In this document: positions 11,801-20,800 of the stretch, in pieces | How the letters are laid out: each line of letters starts with the position of its first letter | Position numbering within the stretch: position 1 is the stretch's first letter | Source: Candidatus Cloacimonadota bacterium | GTDB lineage: Bacteria; Cloacimonadota; Cloacimonadia; Cloacimonadales; TCS61 | Length of the DNA stretch: 64,000 bases | Direction: 5' to 3' | Assembly: GCA_021736135.1 (NCBI GenBank) | Contig: JAIPGO010000007.1 | Span: 2,589 to 66,588, forward strand | The notes under the pieces: model-generated | What the model was told of the DNA's origin: nothing | Database searches by the model: none | Seen by the model: only the letters and a program-made list of their open reading frames with translations | Position numbers and translations under genes: made by a program

Positions 11801-14800
11801 TTGGAATGCTATTGTAACTGATGGTTCTGATTGGTTAACAATTTTTTCAGGTTCTTCTGGTACAAATACTGGATATGTAGTTATTCAATTCGATGAAAAT
11901 ACTTCACTTGAATCGAGGACTGGAATAATTGAAATCACATCATCCGAAGCTGGCAATAGTCCCATTGAAGTTATAGTATATCAATATGGCACAGACATGT
12001 TAAACGCACCGCAAATAGTTTCTTCTGATCCTGAGACTGCAACCTGGTCAAATGATAATGAAATCAATATAGCATGGGAAGAGCCATCTTCAGATAGGAT
12101 AAATCTTGTACTTGAAAATGAAAATGTTGAAAAGATACAAAATAATTTATCCCGAGCAGTTCAAGGTTACTGTTGGAGTTGGGATAATCTTTCCCAAAAT
12201 AATCCTGGTGAAGATTTCTGTACAAATGTATTATCCACAACAAGTAATCCTTTAGCGGATTCAAATAATTGGTATTTTCATATAAAAGCACAAGACAATA
12301 ATGATAATTGGGGAGAAATTACAAATTATGGACCATTTTACATTGATTGTACATCTCCCAATGGGAGTATTTCGATAAATGATAATGCTACTACTACAGA
12401 CTCAATGATTGTTGACATTAATTTAGAAATGGTTGATGAGACTAGTGGAATCAGTCAAATGAGGTATAGTAATGATGGTAACTCATGGAGTAACTGGGAG
12501 TCATTTTCACCATCTAAAACGAATTGGGATTTAGCTACTTACGGAGGAAATCAAATTGAAGGTACAAAAACGGTCTTCTGTGAAGTAAGTGATTTAGCTG
12601 AGAATATTGTACAACTTGAAGATCAAATTATCCTGCAATATCCAGATTTAGTTGTAGATTTTATTGGTGAACCTACAGAGGTAGGAATTGACGAAGTTGT
12701 TCAATTCACAGATATTTCTACTGGTAATCCAACATCCTGGCAATGGGATTTTGATAATGATGGAACTGTTGACAGTTACATACAGGATCCCGTTCATGCA
12801 TATCCCGTTGCTGGCACATACACCATAACTCTGACAATCTCAAATGAACTCTCTCGAGAAACAACTACAATGATTAAAGAAGATTACATTACTGTTAACG
12901 ACGCTATTAATCCTAATGAATTAATTGCATATTACCCATTCAATGGGAATGCTGATGATGAAAGCGGAAATGGGAACAATGGCTCTATTAATGGAGCAGA
13001 TCCTGTTTACGATCGGTTCAACAGTCCTAACTCAGCATTCGAGTTTGACGGATCGAGTGATTATATTGAAGTCCAAGACTCTGGTTCTTTTGGATTAAAC
13101 GAGCATTCATTAGTTACTTGGGTAAATTTTGATGCAACTGGAACGAGACAGTTAATACTGGGAAAACACTCGAATGATGGATCCTGGAATGATCCCTATA
13201 ATATTCAATTGAGAAACGATCATATTCACTATTCAACAAGGTCAAACAGTACCTCTGTTGAACAATTTTTAGAATCTGATTTCATACCAGAAATAGATCG
13301 ATGGTATTTTGTAGCTGCAACTTATGATGGCAATACCATGTCATTGTATATTAATGACGACACAGTTCTTACAATTGAAACTGAATATGATCATTTATCG
13401 TCATCTGATTCGAATTTAAGGATGGGCTGTTCTTCCTCAGGAAGTGATTATAATTTCTTTGATGGAAAAATTGATGATGTAAGAATTTATGATTATGCCC
13501 TAAGCGAAAGTGAAATAGATAACCTGTATCATGAAAACGGATGGGATGAAATCGTCGCTGATTTCGAGGCTTATCCTTCTAATGCTTCAGTAGAAGAGAC
13601 TATTCAATTTACTGATTTATCTGTTCCTCAAGAACTTATTGTATCCTGGGCATGGGATTTTGAGAATGATGGAATCATTGACAGTAGCAATCCAAATCCG
13701 GTTTATGCCTATCCTGATTCGGGAGAATATTCTGTCAGTCTTACAATCGAGGATACTTTTGGCAATACAGATACGATTGTAAAAGAGAACTATATAACTG
13801 TTAATGAAGGACTTAATTCCGAAGGATTAATTGCATATTACCCATTCAATGGAAATGCAATAGATGAATCCGGTAATGGATGGGATGGCACACAATATGG
13901 TAATTTAGATTTCAGTGTTGCCGATAGATTTGGTAATCCTAATAGTGCTGCATTTTTTGATGGTATTGATGATTATATATCGATAGGAAATGAAATTGAT
14001 GTAACCAACAACCTTCCGTTTTCAGTCTCTTTATGGGTTTCATCAAATGATATAAGAAATTCGGGTATTATCTCAAAATACTTAAATCACTCTTATAATG
14101 GATTTCTATTTGAGCAGTTCGAATCATCAGAGATGAGAGCATTATATTCAAATAACCAAGTGAATATGGTTTCGTGCACAGCCCCTGTTATAGCAGATGA
14201 ATATTATCATATTGCGATTACAGCTTCTGAAGATGAGTTAAATCTTTATGTTAATAATCAATTAGCCAGCAATGACAGCTGGAATGGCTTAAGTGCGACT
14301 TCCGATGCGGAATTGATCATTGGTGCAAATACTGATGATCCGGATTACACGATACATGCATTTTTCTCAGGTATAATCGACGATATTCGAATATATAATA
14401 GAGAATTGTTACCAGAAGATATTAGCAATCTATACCATGAAAATGGTTGGGATATTTTTGAAGAAGGACTAATTGCACATTACCCACTGAATGGAAATGC
14501 TGAAGAAATTAGTGGATTTGATCATCAAGGAATTGTATATGGTGCTCAACCAACAGAGGATAGATTCTCAAATTCCTCAGGTGCAATGCTTTTTGATGGA
14601 ATAGATCAATTTATATCTACAGATCTGGTTTTACAATATAATAATGATGACAGTTTTACCTGGTCAGTTTGGATTAGGAGTGATGCGATTGTAAACTCAA
14701 CGGGACTTTCTGTTGCAATGGGGTTTGAAGGTACTAATGCAGGAGAAATCAAAGTAGGAGTTTATGATTCAAATAATCCTAATGCAAATAAAGCAGTAGC

Positions 14801-17800
14801 AAGATCCCGCTGTGATGCGTATGCTTCGCATGGTGGTGAACATATTGCGTATAGTTACAATCCAATAGCAAATGACAACCAATGGCATTATCTTGTTTGG
14901 ATCCGAGACAGAGAAAATCTTCAATACAAATTTTACATGGATGGAAATTTGGAAATGTCACTAGATGACAACAATGATAATTTCATTAATGGATCATCAC
15001 GACTTCTTGGAATTGGATGTCAGTCACATAATGCTGGTTGGGAAAACTATTTCAATGGAGCCATTGATGATGTTCGTATTTATAATCGAACTTTGTCTGA
15101 GCAAGAAATGAGCGATTTATATCATGAAGGGGATTGGGATATAGAAGAAAATGAACTCGTTGCTCATTATCCGTTGGATGGTGATACAAATGATGTAAGT
15201 ATATATGGCAATAATGGGTCAATTTCCGGAGCAATTCCTGCACCAGACAGGTTTAACAATGAGAATAGCGCTTATGATTTTGATGGACAAAATGATGTTC
15301 TGAATGCAGGAGATTATCACTTGTGGGATGATGAGATATCATTATCAATTTGGATTAATCCTCAATCTTACAGTAATGGTGGTAATCCATTATTTGATAA
15401 ACATGATGAGTTTAATTTAACAGTTCCTTTAGGAGATTCTTTAAGCTTTCATTTAGTAAATGTTGGCACTCTAAAAGCACCAAATGTTCCTCAAATTGGA
15501 AATTGGTCTCACATAGTTGCATCATATGATAATAATCTTATGAAGTTATACCTAGACAATTTGTTAATTGCTGAAAAAGAATATTCAGGACAAATACCTG
15601 ATTCTGGCTATCCATTATACATTGCTTCAGATGAGACTGCAGTTCACAACTATTTAGACGCAACAATAGACGATGTGAGAATTTATAATTATTCTTTAAG
15701 CGAGAGTGAAATAGATGACCTGTACCACGAAAGCGGATGGGATGTAATCGTAGCAGATTTCGAAGCTTATCCTGCTATTGCTTCAATAGGAGATTCTATT
15801 CAGTTTACTGACCTGTCTATTCCACTAGAACTTATAACATCCTGGGCATGGGATTTTACGAATGACGGAATTATTGACAGTAACGATCCGAATCCTGTTT
15901 ATGCCTATCTTGATTCAGGAGAATATTCTGTCAATCTTACAATCGAGGATACTTATGGCAATACTGATACGGTAGTAAAAGAAAACTATATAACTGTTAA
16001 TGAGGTATCTATTCCTGATGGATTAATTGCATATTATCCATTCAACGGAAATGCTTATGATGAAAGTGGAAATGGGAATAATGGAGATGCTCATGAAGTT
16101 ACAATATCAAATGATAGATTTGGTAATGATAATTCTGCTTATGAATTTGATGGAGAATCCAGTAAGATAAATTTAGGAAGTGATGACAGCATTGATTTCC
16201 TTTTTTCACCTACAAAAATGGATTCATCATTCACAATTTCAATTTGGTTCAATCTATATAGCTTGCAACCTCAATTTGGGTTTTACCCACTTTTACATAT
16301 TGGTCAATCATCACCGTCATGGCAGTTCAATATCGGAATTAGGGATATTGACTTTGGTGAAAATATTTATTGCGGCAGTCATGGATTTATTGAAAATATG
16401 TATGCAAATAACCCAACAGAAATTGATATGTGGTATCATACTTTAACCGTTTATGACGGTAGCTCTCACACTGCAATGCTTTATGTTAACAATGAATTAA
16501 ATGCAAGTATCATTGTCAGCCCAGGTGATTCCGAGAATGAAGATGAAAATGTTTATATTGGATATGGTCAAGCGTGGGATAGCCATTTTAATGGGCTTAT
16601 AGACGATGTGAGAATCTATAATTATGCTCTAAGCGAAAGCGATATAGATGAACTATATCATGAAAACGGATGGGATGAAGCAACAATTACGATTTCAAAT
16701 CCTAATTCTTCTACAATCTGGAATCAGGGAGAAGGATTTTCAATTGATTGGACGGACGCAACTGGTAGTGAGGTTCAATTCCTGATCTTTAAGGATGGAT
16801 TAGAACTTGGAATTTGCCATGAATGGACTGCAAATGATGGAAATTGTAATGGCTCTCTGGTCAACCCTTCCTGGGGTACAGGATCAGGATATCAGATAAA
16901 AGCAATTGATTCTGATGGAAATTTTGGCTGGAGTGAAGAATTTGTAATCGAAGATGGTTCGTCAATCGAAGTTACTAATCCTAACTCTTCTACAATCTGG
17001 TATCAAGAATCAGATTTCTACATTGAATGGTCTGGCTCTGAAGCTGATCATGTGGAGGTTATTATATATCAAGATGAAAATGAGATTGGTATTTGTCATC
17101 AATTAACACTCAATGATGGTATCTGTCACGGTTTGGTTGAAAGTTACTGGGGTACAGGATCAAACTTCAGAGTGAAAGTCGTTGATGATAATGGTGAATT
17201 CGGCTGGAGTGAAGAATTCAGAATCGAAGCTGCAAATGAATTTGAATGCAGTTATGTGGAAGCAGGAGATTTCACTTTTGGCCAAAATGATGACATTCAA
17301 ACAATTGACTATGATTATAAGATCATGAAATATGAAGTTACAAATGCCCAATATCTGGAATACCTGGAAGCAGCCCTGGAAGACAGTCTGATCTGGATAC
17401 AGGATGGTAATGTTTATGGGTATTATGAGGGAGATGATGTCAATCCTACAGGTAATTATTTGTTTTACTATTTGAATTACCCTATCAATTATAATTATGC
17501 TCGCATATCGTATGACAGAAATTCATTCGTAATTGAAATTCCTCCTTCATATAATGCGGGAGATTTTGACAATCATCCGGTGGTATGTGTAAGTTGGTTT
17601 GGAGCCAATGCATTTGCAAACTATTATGGTTTGAGATTGCCTTCAGAATTTGAATGGGAAAAAGCTGCCCGTGGTCTTTCTGGAAGTGATTATCCCTGGG
17701 GTGATCAATTAGACGGGTCAAGAGCTAATTACTACCAGAGTGGTGACCCATGGGATAACGGTACAACTCCAGTCGGTTACTTCAATGGTCAAGATTCAAC

Positions 17801-20800
17801 ACAAATGACTTATTCAAAATATGGTTGTTTTGATATGTGTGGAAACGTATGGGATTGGACTACTGATTTTTCCGATTCATATAGAAAACTTAAAGGTGGT
17901 TCATGGTGGTCGGAAGATTCAAATAACGATTTGAAATCATGGTTTGATTATGATTCCAGCTATGAGACTTACTATACTTATGGTTTCCGTTGTGTAAAAG
18001 ACACAGCTTTAACCAATTCAGCTCCTGATTTACCTGTTAATCCAATCCCTGAAACCGGAGCAATAAACGTTGACATTGATATGATTTTAACCTGGGAATG
18101 TTCTGATCCTGACAATGATCAACTTACTTATGATGTATATCTGGGAACAGTGCCACAGCTTGATGAAAATCACTTAAAAATCTCCGGGATTAATTTTACC
18201 TCTTATGAACCCGATTCTCTCGACTTCAATACTCCATTTTACTGGAAAATAGTAGCAAGCGATGGTGAATTGGAAACTGAGGGAGAAATATGGAGTTTTG
18301 TAACAACTACCGGTTCTATTGAAGACAGTTGGGCATACGTGGAAGCAGGTGAATTTACCTGGGGTCAGAATGATGAAATATTGACTATTGATTATGATTA
18401 TGAGATCATGAAATACGAAGTTACCAATGCTCAATATGTTGAATATCTGGAAGCCGCATTCGCTGATAGCATGATCTGGATCCAGGATGGTGATGTTTAT
18501 GGACACTATGAAACTGGTGATTACAAATTTTATGATTTGGGTACTCCTTCATCTGATAATTATGCCCGGATTTCTTATGATGGTTGTTCATTTATTATTA
18601 ATGTACCATCAAGTTTTAATTCCGGGGAATTTGATAACCATCCAGTAGTATATGTAACCTGGTATGGGGCTAATGATTATGTTGAGTATTATGGTTGGAA
18701 ACTTCCTACTGAGCAGGAATGGGAAAAGGCTGCAAGGGGAATGACCGGATATGAATACCCCTGGGGAGATAGTTTAAGTGGAGATAGAGCTAACTATCGT
18801 GATAGTGGAGATGTTTGGGATAATGGAACCACTCCGGTAGGTTTTTATAATGGGCAAAATTTCAATGGTTTCCAGACAACAAATAGTCAATCTCCTTATG
18901 GATGTTATGATATGAGCGGAAATGTATGGGATTGGATTGATAGTGATAATAACTTACGAGGAGGATCTTGGAGTGGCAGCAGCAGCAGCAGCAGCGATTT
19001 TCTATCTTGGACTCAGCACAACATTTCACCGACATACTCGCACTATGGTCACGGATTCCGTTGTGTTAGAAATGATGAATTAACTTTACAGTTAAATTTA
19101 CCTGAGAGCATTGAATTCAATGAAGATGAATCTACATCAAGAGATATAGGTGAATATATCACTTATACTTATCCAGAGGAATTGAACATCTCATGTGATG
19201 GAAACAGTAACATAATTATCAGTGACGATGGATTAGTCTTGCATTTCTGTGCAACAGAAAACTGGTTTGGTCAGGAACTGATTTATGTCAGTGTATTCAC
19301 AAACACATCAAGGCAATCAGTGACAGACAGCATGTTTATAACTGTGTTACCTGTTAATGATCCACCGGAACTAATTATCCTTCTTCCGAATATTGAATTC
19401 TATGAAGACACCCAATCTGTTCCGCTTGATTTATCATTATACTTTGTTGATGTTGATGGAGATGAGCTCAGTTATTCAGTAGCAAGCCTCGATACTGCAG
19501 GGATATTCGAGATCAATAATTATATATTAACTATTTCCGTAGATGAGAACTGGAATGGTATTTTTGATGTGTATCTTACTGCATCAGATAGTTATTCCAG
19601 GTTATCTGTTACAGATACAATGATGGTTACTGTTTTCCCGGTTAATGACCCGCCAGTTATAGAATTCACTGAATCAATCTCATTTACAGATTTCGCAACA
19701 GTCGATTTCTCAAGTAATATTTATGATGTTGACGGTGACGAAGTGACATTGACTGCTTCCGGAAACGAGAATATTATAGTTGAGATTGATATGCCTTATG
19801 TTACATTCTCAGTTGATAATTGGTTCGGAAGTGAATGGATAACTTTTACTGTAGATGATAATGTAAGTCGTTTAACCGCTTCAGATAGTGTATTGGTAAC
19901 ATCCTTATCACCATGTACTCCTCCTGACTGGCAGGTAAATCCGGCTGACTATGAATATAATGGCAGCATTTGGAGTATTGTATTCCTGGAAGATGTTCAA
20001 ATTGATCACACAAATGGAATACTGGGTTGCTTCGTTGATGAAGAATGCCGGGGAATTGCCAGCTTCGCTAACGGAACTGTTGTTGATTATACTGATGTGC
20101 CTATATTCAATCACGTTGCTTTCATGCCCATGATTTACAGCAATGAAACCTCTGGTGAAATTCTTGATTTCGTTTATTGGGACCCCTATACTTGTGAACA
20201 ATTTAACGTTAGCGAGCATTTAGGATTTGTGGCTGATATGGCAATTGGTGATGGTATTACTCCTTTTGAATTTCACGCATCTCCTGAGATACCTATTTCA
20301 AAGAGTTTGACTGCTGGCTGGAACTGGATTTCATTAAATGTATTATCTGAGAGCATGAATATTAATAATGTACTTTCATCTATCGGAGAATCAGGGGATT
20401 ACATTAAAAACCAAGCTACTTTTGCTACATATTATCCAGGAGCTGGCTGGTTTGGATCCTTAAATGAAATCAGTATCTATTCGATGTACATGCTGGATAT
20501 GAACCAACCTGATACTCTTGAATTTTTGGGTAGTCCAATCGATGTTATCGATACTGAATTTAACATTGTCCATGGCTGGAACTGGATTTCATTCGCACCT
20601 CAAGAATCTGAACCAATAAATTATGCTTTATATGGATTAGATGATAATGCCTCTTATATCAAAAACCAGACAAGCTTTGCTAACTACTATACTGGTGCTG
20701 GCTGGTTTGGAGCTTTATCATCAATGTCACCCTTGGATGGTTACAAACTTGATGCAGATTCTGTATGTGTATTCACTTATCCATCACCAGAGACTGTAAG

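Noticed and set aside
17250-19070. complete DGR, or an active formylglycine-generating enzyme
   Set aside because: No RT, Avd or AAC-rich template repeat is visible in the window, and the catalytic FGE cysteines are absent.
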